A DNA stretch of 64,000 nt from Chrysomallon squamiferum. Taxonomy: Eukaryota; Animalia; Mollusca. A program made the position numbers and the translations under genes. The stretch lies in the NCBI GenBank assembly GCA_012295275.1, contig CM022676.1, forward strand, positions 6,014,001 through 6,078,000, given 5' to 3'. This document shows positions 1 through 13,971 of this stretch, in pieces. Under the pieces are notes generated by a model that did no database searches, had not been told where the DNA came from, and saw only the letters and a list, made by a program, of their open reading frames with translations. The number at the start of each line of letters is the position of its first letter. The first letter of the stretch is position 1.

Positions 1-803
1 AAATGCCACGTTAAAATCAGTTACGCAAGAAGAAGAAAAGAAAAATGACTAGGTGCCATACATTCATTTAATTCCTAATCACAGCATTTCTTATCACCTT
101 CACAAGCACCAGTCTGTTTTGACAGTCATGGCCAATAGAAATCCACTTAACAGTGGCTTGAAATTTTGGTTTGATTTTACACTAAGTAAATCCTGTAGTT
201 GGTTCATTCTGTGCAACCCGATTCGTCCCGTTACCGTGACTACAAACATAAGTTGTTGATTCTAACGCAGCTGCTTGTACAGGGGCTATTAGAAAGTTGA
301 TTCAGCCTAAGTCTGCTTGTCACTCTCAATTTGGTCACTTTTAATTAGTGGTCAGAAATATAGGATTCTTCACCGAGGCCCTCACCGGGTATACCCGAAA
401 AAAGCGAATAAGACGAAAAATCGTAACGGTTGAGATCTTTGTTGCATTTTATCTCTTTCAGACATCAGAAAACTGTTTATTGGTGGATATCAGTGATAAT
501 AAAAATAAAAATAAAAATCTACTAAACCACATTTACTGTTTTTCTTACCATCACTTTTACTTCTACTATTATAATACTGCTGCCATCATTATTTTTAACC
601 ACTGTTTCTATATTTGCAGCTATTATTCCTGTTATAACCATTACAACTTCCATAGCTACTTTAAGCTGTATTATTATTTCTATTTTACTGCTGTCACAAC
701 TGTTAAACTACTACAACTATTACTGATACTATTTCTGTGCTTTTACTGTTAATACTATTATTACTACTGCAACTACAACTACTGATATTACAACTGCTGC
801 TGT

Positions 804-848
<45 letters not shown>

Positions 849-1589
849 CACTACTGCAATTTTCATTACTACTGATGTAATTAAAAGTATTATACTGCTC
901 CAACTGTTTACTACTACTACTACTACAACAACATCTTCAGTTTCTGCTACTACTAATATTACCACAACAAAAAACAAATACCATGCATTTAATTCATTCA
1001 TTCATTCATTCATTCATTCATTCATCCGTTAAGTCACTTACTCGCTCATTCATATACAAACCCATTCATTCATTCATTTACGCATTCATTCATTCAAGCA
1101 AACTGAACTTCTCTTTGTTTATCACAAAGTTCTCTTTGTCCCAAGTTGAACCAAGATAAACACAAAGACAGCACAGGGCAGTAAATTGTTTTAATAACAG
1201 ACCACCTCTGACTGTGTGTGCAATAAAAACTAATAATACACAGGTGTCAAAACCCTTCAGTAGTATACAGCTTCTTATAACTGTTTTTCTGGCTCTCTCT
1301 GTATATGATATACACATAAACTCTGCTAATATGGTTTTTGGCATATAGTTTTAATAACCTTTTGTGTCTGTCTTTTTTTTCTATATATATATATGTATAT
1401 ATATGTTCATTCGTTGTGTGTTTCATTATCTTTTCTTTCTTCCTGTCTTTTTTCATGTGTATCTCTCACTATCTTATTATTACTCTTTTTCATTTTTCCC
1501 TCCCTCCTGCTTTCTCTGTCTCTTTCTTCTTTCCATCTTTTTCTTTTCTTTATCTGTCGCCTTTCTCTTTCACTATTTTCTCTTTTATT

Positions 1590-1675
<86 letters not shown>

Positions 1676-2913
1676 CACACACATATATATACACATATAC
1701 AATTTTGTTCTTTATTGGTTTTCATATCTTTTATAACTGGTTTTATCTCTGTATTTGCACTGTTTGTTGTTAGCACTTTCTGATGCCCATTGTTTGTGCT
1801 TCTTACTTGTTTATATATACATATACTCACATTGTTTTGCAGCTAGTACTTATTAATAGCTGTTTTTGTCTGTGTTTTTTTTTATTGATGTAGTGTTTAT
1901 ATAGACCACTTTTTTTTTTATGGGGTCAGTGTGTTGTTTTCTTTTCTTTTCTCTCTTCATTTCTCTCTTTTCTATCTTTTTTGTCTATTTTTTTTTTTTC
2001 TCTCTCTCTCTGTGGTTCTGTGTTCTTTGTATATCCTTTCTCTAATTTTATTCTCTCACTGTCTGTTTTTCTCTAAGACACTCTTTCTGTCCTCTCTCTG
2101 TCTCTTTGTCATTCTTTCTCTTTCTCCTTCTGTCTTGCTTTCTGTTTCTCTCATTCTCTAACACTCTCTTTTTCTCTGTCTTTTTTTCTCTCTCTCTCTT
2201 TCTCTTGCTTTCTGTCACTTTTTTCTTTCTCTCTCTCTCTCTTTCTCTCTTTCTCTCTCTCTCTCTCTCTGTCTTGCTTTCTATCCTCTCTCTCTCTCTC
2301 TCTCTTTTTCTCTCTCTCCCCCCTCTCCCTCCCTCTCTCTCCCTCCCTCCCTCCCTCTCTCTCTCCTTCCCTCACATATTCCTATTTCACAGCTTTACAA
2401 CCAGCTGCTTACACGACTCTTACAACAACAACAACAACAACAAAACAACCACAGCAAAACAATTGTTCTATCGGTTTACGTTGTCTGTCGTTGTTGTTTT
2501 TTTAACGATGCACGTACCACCCAGCCAGCCTTGCTTTTATCGACATGCATGACGTCGTCGCAGCAAAGCAGAGGCCAATAAAAGACATATAAAACAGCAG
2601 TAACTACATTCTGTAATGAGGTCGTGACCTCGGAAGACATTTGACCCTAGGCAATTTTTTTTGGCTGTTTTTAGTTTGTTTAGTTATTTTTTTTATTGCC
2701 TATCTGTTCCGTTATGTACAGTTAACATATATGAATTGTTATTTGTTTGGGGTGAGGGGTGAGGGGTGAAAGTGAAGGATGGGAGGGGGTGGTTTCTGGG
2801 GGTGATATTACAAAGGGGTGGGGGGTTGTGGATGAAGTAGGTTCCTGTTGTTGTTGTTGTTTTTTGAGGTGGTAGGGATAAGATAATGGTTGGTGAAGTA
2901 TTATTATTATACT

Positions 2914-3118
2914 TCATCATCATCATCATCATTATTATTATTATTATCATCATTATTATCATCATCATCATCATTATTATTATTATCATTATTATTATCA
3001 TTATCATCATCATCATCATTATTATCATCGCTATTATTTTATTATTAAAATTATTATTATTATTATTATTATCATCATCATCATCATCATTATTATTATC
3101 ATTATTATTATCATCATT

Positions 3119-3159
<41 letters not shown>

Positions 3160-3181
3160 TATTATTATTATTATTATTATT
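2914..3181. repeat. (ATC)n/(ATT)n compound microsatellite
   Basis: Read directly; source of the poly-I/M/N/D ORFs. Confidence 0.98.
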
Positions 3182-3589
3182 TTGGTTTTTTTCTTTCTTT
3201 TTCCTGGACATTTGTGGCTAAAGCAAATTTGTATTTTCTTCATATATGAAATTTGTGATGAAGAAAAGAATCATATTTCTAGTCTGGGCTTTTTTTTTTA
3301 TTTTTTTATTTTTTTTTAGTGCTTTGCCCCCCTCTGAGAACGTGATTACAGTGTGAAGAGGTCTCTGATATGAGTTCTTTTTTCCCTCGTTTTATTATTA
3401 TTTTTTTATCATCTTTTTTCTTCTTTGTTTAAATGGAAGATTGGATGATGGATAAGTTAAAAAACCCACAGAAATAATTTTAAAATTTATTTTTAATTTA
3501 ATCTGACAGTTGTGTGTTTCTTTGTGGGTTTTCATTGTTTATGACAGAATTTTATGTAAAAATTTCACTTTTTTTTTCATAAAATGTAT

Positions 3590-4360
3590 GTTTTTAAATC
3601 TAAATTTTCCTGATAAAACAAAACTGTCCTAAAAACTAGAATTTCATATAAATTATCATCTTTTAAAAAAAGAAAAACCCCAAGTTAGTTTTTCATTAAT
3701 TATCAAAAAACTCATATATCAGTTTTTTTTTTTAACAAAATATCCAAGTTATTTTTTCATTAATTATGACAGCAATTTATACTGTATTTACTATATTTAA
3801 AACTTAAATCTATTTTTAAATCTAAATTTTACTGATAAAACAAAACTCACACATCAGTTTTTTTTACAAAATATCCAAGTTAGTTTTTCATTAATTATGA
3901 CAGCAATTTATACTATATTTACTATATTTAAAACTTAAATCTATTTTTAAACCTAAAAATGACAGATAAAACTATGCAGTCCAAAAAACCAAAAATCCCA
4001 TATATCAGGGTTTTTTTTACAAAATATTCAAGTTAATTTTTCACCACTTGTGGCAACCATTTTAACTATATTTAATACTATATTTAAAACTTAAATCTAT
4101 TCTTAAATCTAAAAATGAAAGATATTTTAAATGATTAAAACTACGCAGTCCAAAAAAACACAAAAAAGGTCTCATATATCAGGTTTTTTAACAAAATATC
4201 CAAGTTAATTTTTCACCACTTATGGCAACCATTTTAACTATATTTAATATATTTAATATATTTAAAACTTAAATCTATTCTTAAATCTGAAAAAATGACT
4301 TATATTTTAAATGATTAAAACAATACAGTCCAAAACAACAAAACAAAAAAAGTCTCAAAT
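3590..4360. repeat. Degenerate tandem repeat, about 130-180 bp unit, 4-5 copies
   Basis: TATATTTAAAACTTAAATCTATT and ACAAAATATYCAAGTTA each recur four times. Confidence 0.85.
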
Positions 4361-4419
4361 TTCATTTTTAAAAAAAAAAAAAAAAAACCCCAAAAAATCT
4401 GAGTAAGTTTTTCCATTAC

Positions 4420-4765
4420 TTACTGCTGCCATTCACGGAATAGTTGAGATATTTCAGACAAAAATACCCAGCATTCCTTGCATTATCGTCCTGACACCCT
4501 AAACCTCCGCACCACGTACATCTTAGCAACCCGAGTGACAGGCGCACCCACATGTCCCGACTACCCCACTGAGCATGTGCGTCAGAGTCCCCCCACCCCC
4601 CCTGTGTCCCTGTCACACGCGTGTCATTCGAGTCAGCTCCCTGCCAAGTCCGTGTCATATTTAGTCTCTATCACCGGCACCCCCCAACATTCCGCTTCCT
4701 GTCTGAAGTAATTGAGGCTGGGGCCTCAAATTCTGTCAGGATAAAACGTCTAAGGTTACGGAGAC
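4420..4765. promoter_or_regulatory. GC/CpG-rich non-repetitive island, putative cis-regulatory element
   Basis: Looks like the most GC-rich complex stretch in the window, with many CpGs and TTCCGCTTCCTG (two ETS-like cores). No convincing ORF. Confidence 0.4.
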
Positions 4766-5610
4766 TTTTAATTAAAAAAAAAAAAAAAAATTGTTGTTGG
4801 CTTTGAGTTGGTGTAGGTGTGTTTGTGATTAATGTTGGTTTACCTGTGTGAATTAAGGTGGTTATTTTGTTACTGAAAAAAGGTGAAAAAATGTTTGTGT
4901 TGCAGAAAATGTGTTTAAGATTTTAGTCTAGTCTGGGGTTTTTTTTTCTTTCTTTCTTTATTTCTTCTTTCTTTTTTTTATTTTATTTCTTTCTTTTTTG
5001 TTTCAGATTTTTTTTTATTTTTTATTTTTTTTTTGGTTTCATTTCCTTCCTATTTTTTCTTTTCTTTTTCATACATTTTCATAAAATGAAAATAATATTC
5101 ATTGAAGATGATATAAAATAACAAAAAGTGTGTAGCTGTTGTTAATTGTATTTTATCACTGCTTAATGCTTTTCCAAAGAAATCATTCTGAAATAGAAAA
5201 TACAGGTATCAAATTTCCTCTAAATAAAGATGATATTAAAAATAGATAGGGTTAAATATAAATATACATTATTGTGTTACTATTTTGTTCAATTTTTTAA
5301 AAATATATATATATATAATGATACCCTAGTTACAGTGAAAATATTGCTTAAGAAAGAAAAGGAATGAATGAATAATTCATTGACTGCGGAATTTAGCTTT
5401 ACTTCAGGGAAATCTTTAAATGGAAGATATAAATAGTAAACACATTGTAATACATTGTATTTAAACAGTTTTAATGAAGAATTTGAATATAATGTATTAA
5501 ATTAGATTCAACTGTTAATACAAAGTGATACATTTGTTTTACATAAACTGTACTACATTGTATTGTTTAAAGTTAATGAAATGAAGATTTTATTATTTGT
5601 GAGCAAAAGT

Positions 5611-5645
<35 letters not shown>

Positions 5646-5684
5646 CATTATTCAGTGCTCTGACAAAGTTAGTATTTTGAAATA

Positions 5685-5721
<37 letters not shown>

Positions 5722-6009
5722 AAAGAAAAAAGAAGAAGAAAAAGAAGAAGGAAAAATCCCCATATGTCAAATGACACCCCAATTCAAAGAAAATACTGCT
5801 ATCAAATATCGGGAGATTGAGACAACCATTATTTTCAGCTACATCAAAGTTGACATTATGAACTAATTTAAAAGTAAAAGAAAACAGACTTAACAACACC
5901 CCAGTATGATAATAAAAAAAAATAATAAAAAAAACAAAAAAAAATATTGTATTAAATAGTCACCTATCAGATACCGGCCATATTCAACAAGCAGATAGAT
6001 ACAAAATAC

Positions 6010-6560
6010 AAACCATCAGTATTTTCTGCCACATCAAAGCAAAAAGATTTCGAATATAATTCAAAGCACGCTTAATGACCAAGTCATAATAAGCATCAGA
6101 TAACAATGAAATTCAGATAGTGTCCGTGTATTCAGATAAAGATACATTGAGATGTACGTTGTCATTATTCAATGCAGTGACAGTGCAGTCATTCTGGAGT
6201 GATTTAAAAAGTAAGGAAGCACGCTTAACGACAAACACTGCATCAGATAAGAGGGAGATTCGAGTATTAACCGTGCGATACGCGATAGAGACGCATTGAA
6301 ACGTGTGTCATCATTATTCAATTCAACGACAGTGCATGAAGTCACGAAAAAAAACCATGCTTAATGAAACGGTAACATCAGATAAGAAAAGAGAGAAAAA
6401 AAAAAAAATCTGATGTTATCAAAATTCAGCAGCACATAGATCCATTCAAATATGTGTTGTCATCATTCAAATAGGTGTCATCATCATTCAAATAGGTGTC
6501 ATCATCGTTCAAATACGTGTCATCTTCGTTCAAAATATACGTCATCATTATTCAGTGTTA
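6010..6560. repeat. Degenerate ~150 bp repeat (3 copies) ending in a ~22 bp CATTCAAATAGGTGTCATCAT array
   Basis: GCTTAAYGA...CATCAGATAA recurs near 6070, 6223 and 6359; short unit repeated at 6442-6555. Confidence 0.7.
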
Positions 6561-7075
6561 TGTGTGTCGGGGAAGTTGTTTTGAAGTATTTCGTATGAGT
6601 GAATATTTTAATGGACATAAAACTCGGTATTTAACAACAGATCAAAGAAACTGGAGATATCTGATTTCCACAAAGTGTGATACCGTTTGTATGTAACAGT
6701 ACATAGGTATATTTACATGTAATATACATAGGTATATTTACATGATATCTTCATGTGTATGTAGTTATTTTTGTTATTATTGTTATTGTTGTTATTGTTA
6801 TTGGTGTTTTTACTATTATTATTGACTACTACTACCACTACTACTACTACTACTACTGCTGCTACAGTTATTTATAATTATCATCACAAAATAGTTTATT
6901 TTCATTACTGTTGTTATATTTATTAATTTTACTATCATCTTAATCATATCATCATCATCATCATCAAAATCACATCACCATCATTACTGTTACATTTACT
7001 ATCTTTCACGACAATCATCATCATCATTACATCACCATCATTCACCATCTTTACCGTTACATTTACTTATCTTTC

Positions 7076-7106
<31 letters not shown>

Positions 7107-7375
7107 ACAACGTCATCATCATCATCATTATCATTAACACTAAGCAGTAGCAAGTTACAAAATTTTTCTCACACTATGCTAGACTTTTTCCCCGATGTCA
7201 GCTCATTTATCAAAAACACTTGATTACATCAAAATGGCGACAGTTCAGACGATGTTTGCCAGTGATTGTGTAATACGCTGTGACAACGCTGTGACACTGG
7301 GCTGGTGTGAACTATTAAAGAGAAATGATGCATCATGTGCCTTAATTGTGAAAGCTGATACGTCTTGTTAAGATT

Positions 7376-8160
7376 TATTGTTGTTGCCGTTGTTGTTGTT
7401 GCTGCTGCTGCTGCTGTTTGGTTGTTGTTATTATTAGTAGTAGTAGTGGTGGTTGGAGTTGTTGTTGTTAGTATTACTGGTAGTAATTTTTGCTTGTTGT
7501 TGTTGTAGTAATAGTGGTAGTAATTTTTGTTAATCTTGTTTTTTTATTTGTAGTTTTATTAGTAGCAGTGATTGTAGTTGTTGTATTTGTAGTAGCAGTT
7601 GTTGTAGTATTAGTGGTAGCAATTTTTGTTGTTTTATTAGTAGTAGGTAGTAGTTGTTGTATTTGTTTAATAATTTTTGTTGCTTGTTGTTTGTGTTTTA
7701 TGATTGTAGTTGTTGTATTTGTAGTAGTTGTTGTATTATTAGTATTTGTTTTGTTGTTGTTATTTGTTTTTATTTATTGTTGTTTTGTTGTTCATTATTT
7801 TTAGTATTGTTGTTGTTTTTATTATCATTTCCTATTTTTCTTTTTCTTCTTCTTATTTTCTTCTTCTTGCTAATATTATTAGTTTTCTTGCAGTTTTAAT
7901 TTTTAATTTTCCTTCTTTTCCTTTACCACCTGCTTTTTTTATACTTCTTACAAATGAAAATTGTAACAACAACTACAACAACCAAAATAATAACAGTAAG
8001 AAAAGCAATAATAATAGCAACAACAACAACAATAATAATAATAATAATAATAGCAACAACAACAACAACAATAATAATAATAATAATAATAATAGCAAGA
8101 ATAATAATAATAATAATAATAATTTTAATTTAATAAATAAATAATAAATAATAATAATAA
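7376..8160. repeat. Degenerate (GTT/GTA)n followed by (AAT/AAC)n
   Basis: Read directly. Confidence 0.95.
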
Positions 8161-8987
8161 AAAATTAAGAACAATAACTATAGCTCTAGACTAAATAACT
8201 CAAGTTCAACATTCATAAGGAATAAATTATCTTTCTCTTGAAGTGTTTTTCATTCCCAGTACATCTTACCTTGCCCCTTTCCATTAACTGTTAATATTTT
8301 CCAGATATGTATTCTAGATACAGCTGTTTAGGAGTAAACTATAAATTAGTTTTACTATGAACCTCTCTCACTCATTTATTAAACACCATGCCCAGTATTA
8401 TATTGCCGTATTAGCTTGTGTTAGTAAAATATTGGAATGTACTGCCCTGCTTTTAACCGTTTGAAGTAAAAGACAGACTGACATTTATTTTAATGTTTGT
8501 TTAACTGTATCTCATTATTGACATTTATTTTATGGTTGGTAAAATATATCTTGCTGCTAATGTTTTTGTAAAAATAAATCTTGCTGCTTTTGTTTATAAA
8601 GCATAACCTCTGCTTTTTATTGACCCACAATAAAAGAAACCTTGCTGGTTAGTACATGATTCATGCAAATGGGATGATTGAAGTATGATATCATTTGTCA
8701 GATTGGAAATGGAATAAGTATTAATGCAGCTTCATCTGTATCAAAGGTTAAAGCATGCCTGTAATGGTACCATCTCTTTTTATGTAGTGTCTGATAAAAA
8801 AAAGTGTGTTATAAATTTTTTTTGTTTTTTTTAAAATTACAATTAAAAAAAAAAAAAAAAAAAAAAATTTAAGAATTAAAAAATAGGAGGTGGGGGGGAT
8901 GTTCACCACCATTGATGTTTCCTCTCCATTAGTCCACCCCCACATTTGTGTTGACAGCTGCCTCTTAGAGTTATCTACCTTCTCACA

Positions 8988-9002
8988 CCACCAGGGGGCT
9001 CT
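8988..9002 (+). promoter_or_regulatory. CTCF-like motif
   Basis: CCACCAGGGGGCTC, one mismatch from the core CCACCAGGGGGCGC, in a very AT-rich background. Confidence 0.5.
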
Positions 9003-10080
9003 GCTTATTTAGCATTGAAGAACTGCTGATAGCAGTAGCGTTCCCACTGTTAGTTGTGTTGGGTTTTTGTTTTTCAAAGATTTCTTTTATCGCAAGCAAG
9101 ATACAGTAGGTTAAACGGTAATCTGAAAATAATAATAATAATAATAATTTTTTTAAAAGGTGTGTTTTTTAAAGAAAATTTTTAAGAATAATAAAAAAGG
9201 TTATTTCAAGAAGCAGTGGTTAGATTAAAAAAAAAAATAAAATAAAATAATGGAATTCTTTTTTTTTTTAATCCTTGTTGTATGCACACCCTGAAATGTT
9301 AAGAAAAAAAAAAAAAAAAGAAGATAAAAAAAAAATTTCAAAATCTTGACAAAAATAACATCAAAGATAGTGTTTTTGGCATCAGGAAGTAAATTTTATC
9401 AAATGAAAATATTTTTGTTTTTAAAATCTAATCTTTAAACTCCTCCCAAACACCTGTATGAAATATTTTTTTTTTTTTTATTTAAACAGATCAGCATGTG
9501 CTATTAAATTAAATTAATTTTTATTTATATATATATTTTTTTTTTTAAATGTTGATATTAGTTGATCTTGCTTAGTTTGATATTTCCAGAGATTTTTTTT
9601 TTATTATTATTATTTTTTTTAATTAAATTTTTTTTTTTTTTTTTTTTTTCTCAATAGAGAGGCAAATATTTCAGAAGTTTTATACATACCCACCTGAAAT
9701 GTTTCCTTCTATTTTTTCCTTCTATATTTTATCGTTGTGTTTATGTTTTTGTATTTGTGTGTATCTGTATGAGGTGGAAGTGTGTGTGTGGGTGGTTGTA
9801 TAAATATGTAAAATTTCTGGTATTTGATTTGAAATTTAAGTTAGCATGACTTGTAACGAATACAAACTTAGAGATAAACACAGAGACAAAAACATTAATA
9901 AGAGAAATATATACACAGATACACACTTAAACATTCACGCATGCATACACATGTGCATCAGACATTTGTATATAAATACAGTTGTAGATACAGACAAATG
10001 TACACACGTATTCACACAGAGAGAGAGAGAGAGAGAGAGAGAACTATATTATATAGATATTGTAAATTCTGTATGTTTTA

Positions 10081-10193
10081 TACACACACACACACACAGA
10101 CATCTCTCTATATCATTATAAAGTTACTTTCAAACACCATTACAAAGTCTCAAATCTATGATTACTCAAACACAGTATCAATTGTTACATCTA

Positions 10194-10244
<51 letters not shown>

Positions 10245-10342
10245 ACAGACATCTCTCTATATCATTATAAAGATATTTTCAAGTACCATTACAAAGACTA
10301 GAATCCCTGATTACTCAAACACAATATCAATTGTTACATCTA

Positions 10343-10409
<67 letters not shown>

Positions 10410-10668
10410 GTACATACGTACATACATAAACACAGACAAACATACGTCTCTCCACATCATTATAAAGATATTTTCAAGTACCATTACAAAGACTAGAATC
10501 TCTGATTACTCAAACACAATGTCAATTGTTACATCTAAGCAAACACACACACACACACATACATGCGTACATACATAAACACAGACAAACACACGTCTCT
10601 CCACATCATTATAAAGATATTTTCAAGTACCATTACAAAGACTAGAATCCCTGATTACTCAAACACAT
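10081..10668. repeat. Tandem repeat, 4 copies, each carrying a variable (CA)n tract
   Basis: ATCATTATAAAG...CCATTACAAAG...GATTACTCAAACAC occurs four times; AATTGTTACATCTAAGCA followed by (CA)n three times. Confidence 0.9.
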
Positions 10669-11635
10669 CAATGAATGTCAAGTACTGCTCTAGACTTTAT
10701 CACAAAGCTAACAGATTATCATAACAGCATTTCATTTACATTTCGGACTGAACAAGCAAACCCAGAACTAAAGTGAAGTACATATTTCAAACCCTTTTTC
10801 ATTTCAGCTCCACTTCAAAAGAGATTAGACAATTTTTCCTCTTTTCCTATTTGTTTTTCATGAACGTAATTTTAACGTAACTTTTGTCGTTTTGACTTTT
10901 TATTTTAGTCAAAATGTTTGTGCAGTAATTGCTTTGTTTAATCTGTTTCAGAAATTACTAACCTAAATGCTTGCTAAGCTCAAAGAATTTTAAGACTTTC
11001 TAGTAGGTAAATAATTTTACCAAAACAAAAAAAAAGGATTGACTAAAATCATGTTTGTTAGTTTGAACTGTTTTGTTGAGGAATTAAGGTTGGTTCAATT
11101 AATTAGAATGTTTTGCCTCCAAGTTGGTGTTGAAAGCAGTTTTATTTTATTTTTATATTTATTTCTAAATTATTATTATTATTATTATTATTATTACTAC
11201 TACTACTACTACTTCAACTACATCTGCTATATCTGCTATTACTATTACTGTTGTTGAATTTTATTAATTTTAATATTATTTACTTTTATTATTATTGTTA
11301 CCATTACTATTACTACCCTGCTATTACTATTGTTGTTGTTGTTGTTGTTGCTGTTGTTGTAGCTGCTGCTGTTGTAACACTCTAATCCCCAATCACTCTT
11401 CTACTCCATTAACATCATCATGATAACTCTATTCTGTGAACATAAGAGTTTTTAAAAAAAATAAATAAATAAATAAATTAAAAAATATGGCTGTCTTCTT
11501 CTTCAGCTCTCTCAGAATCAAAGAACTTCCATGATTACTTTGGCGTGTTTTCTGAATTGCCATTCTTAATTCAGTGTTGATCTGGGCATGCCTCAAACAT
11601 TTCTTGTTTTCCTACGTGGCATGCACGACAGGTGC

Positions 11636-11758
<123 letters not shown>

Positions 11759-12614
11759 ACAAGCTTTCACGTTTTAGTGAACAATTCAAAGTGTAACCTT
11801 GTCTTTACGCCAATGCAATAATCACCATGTTAACACATTCTTACGTAGCTCTTGCGTGTTCAGGTATCTCGCTCTTTGAGAATATTTGCTTTCTCGTTAT
11901 TGTTTGTTCTTCTTTGTCTTATTGTTGTTGGTTTAGTTGTTATGGTGATTGTTATTCCAGTTTAGAGCTCTTGTTCTAGATGTTATCCTTTTTTCTTTCT
12001 ATCGGTATCTTCACTTTTATTGTTGTTTTTCTTCTTGTTATTATCTTGTATTCTTGTTTTCACTCTTTGTTTTTCTTCTTCTTCTTCTTCTTCTTCTTTT
12101 TTTTCTTCTTACTCCTACTACTACTACTACTACTGTTTATTTATTTATTATTTGTTTATTTGTTGTTTTCTTTGTTTACTGAAGTTAATTATTATTATAT
12201 TGTTTTATATTCCATTCCCAGTACCAGTTTTAAGGACTAATATACTTGACAACCTACTTCATTATTTTTACATTTTATATTTCCTGTTTGTAGCAATATT
12301 AATAAAAGTTCAGTTTGTCTGATGTAGACATTTTTGCATTGAATTTATATATATATATATATATAATTTTATTTTACTATTATTACTATTTCTTTTCTTT
12401 TTTTTCAAATTTCTGATTCCAAATATCAATTTTTTAATTTCCTATATGCTTGTAGCCATATAGATGATAGCACTATTATTTTAGTTTATATAATTTTATA
12501 AATTTTCACATTTAGGCCTATTCTAAGAATTAGTGTTTAACTTTTCCAACATGCAGTCATATACACATGATATCATTTTTTATTTTTTTTATTTTACATT
12601 ATTTCTTTTATTTT

Positions 12615-12910
12615 TCATTCCTATTCCGAGTATCAATTTTTAATCTTCCAACATGTCCAGTAGAGGCATACATCGAACTGCATGCTAGCAGATAACATTA
12701 TTCTTTTATTTTGGATTAATTTATAAATATTTTTTTAGGATTCCTATTCCGAGTATCAAATTTTAATCTTCCAACATGTCCAGCAGAGGCATGCATCGAA
12801 CTGCATGCTAGCAGATAACATTATTATTTTATTTTGGATTAATTTATAAACATTTTTTATTTTTTTTTTGGATTCCTATTCCGAGTATCAATTTTTAATC
12901 TTCCAACATG
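12615..12910. repeat. Tandem repeat, ~125-130 bp unit, 2.3 copies
   Basis: TTCCTATTCCGAGTATCAAWTTTTAATCTTCCAACATG at about 12618, 12741 and 12873. Confidence 0.9.
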
Positions 12911-13111
12911 GCTGACAGTGTGCGCACATGATGATTAAATATTACTAGTTAATCAATGTACAACGAGTAAAAATATGTCGTTTGAGGCTGGTTATCAAAA
13001 ATTCATCAGCTGGTCATCAATAAATGAAAACAGTTAATTGCATAAAATATTTTCACATAAATGTGAATGCTAATTCATTCGGGTGATAGAAAAGGGCATA
13101 AAGCAGCTGTT

Positions 13112-13537
<426 letters not shown>

Positions 13538-13971
13538 CAGACAGAAATACAGAGAGTAAAAGACAGAGAGAGAGAGAGAAAGAACAAAGAAAGAGAGAAA
13601 CAGAGAAAGAGAGAAAGCTTATTTCCAAATTTAGTTTCAATAAATTTTAATTATATGATTACAACTATTTCAATTTTTAAAAAAATGTTATATAAGTTTA
13701 AATTACATTTCAAACACACTTCATTTATCGTACAGAGTCCAGTCTTTCAGAATTACTCATCATCGTCATCAGTTATCACCTTCAGCCAAAACGTATTTCA
13801 TCCACCTTCGGAATTACTGATCGCTGGACCGTGAAATTGTGACTGGGCTCAAATTGAGTAACTCGCAGATAGTGATCTGAGTTTAATTAACTCGTTGAGT
13901 CAGGATTAGGCAATGGACGAGGAGCTCTAATTAATTATCTGTTTGACTTGGTCGTTTCAATTAGCTGATGA

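Noticed and set aside
2693-3211. 172-aa poly-N/D/I/M ORF
   Set aside because: Translation of an (ATC/ATT)n microsatellite.
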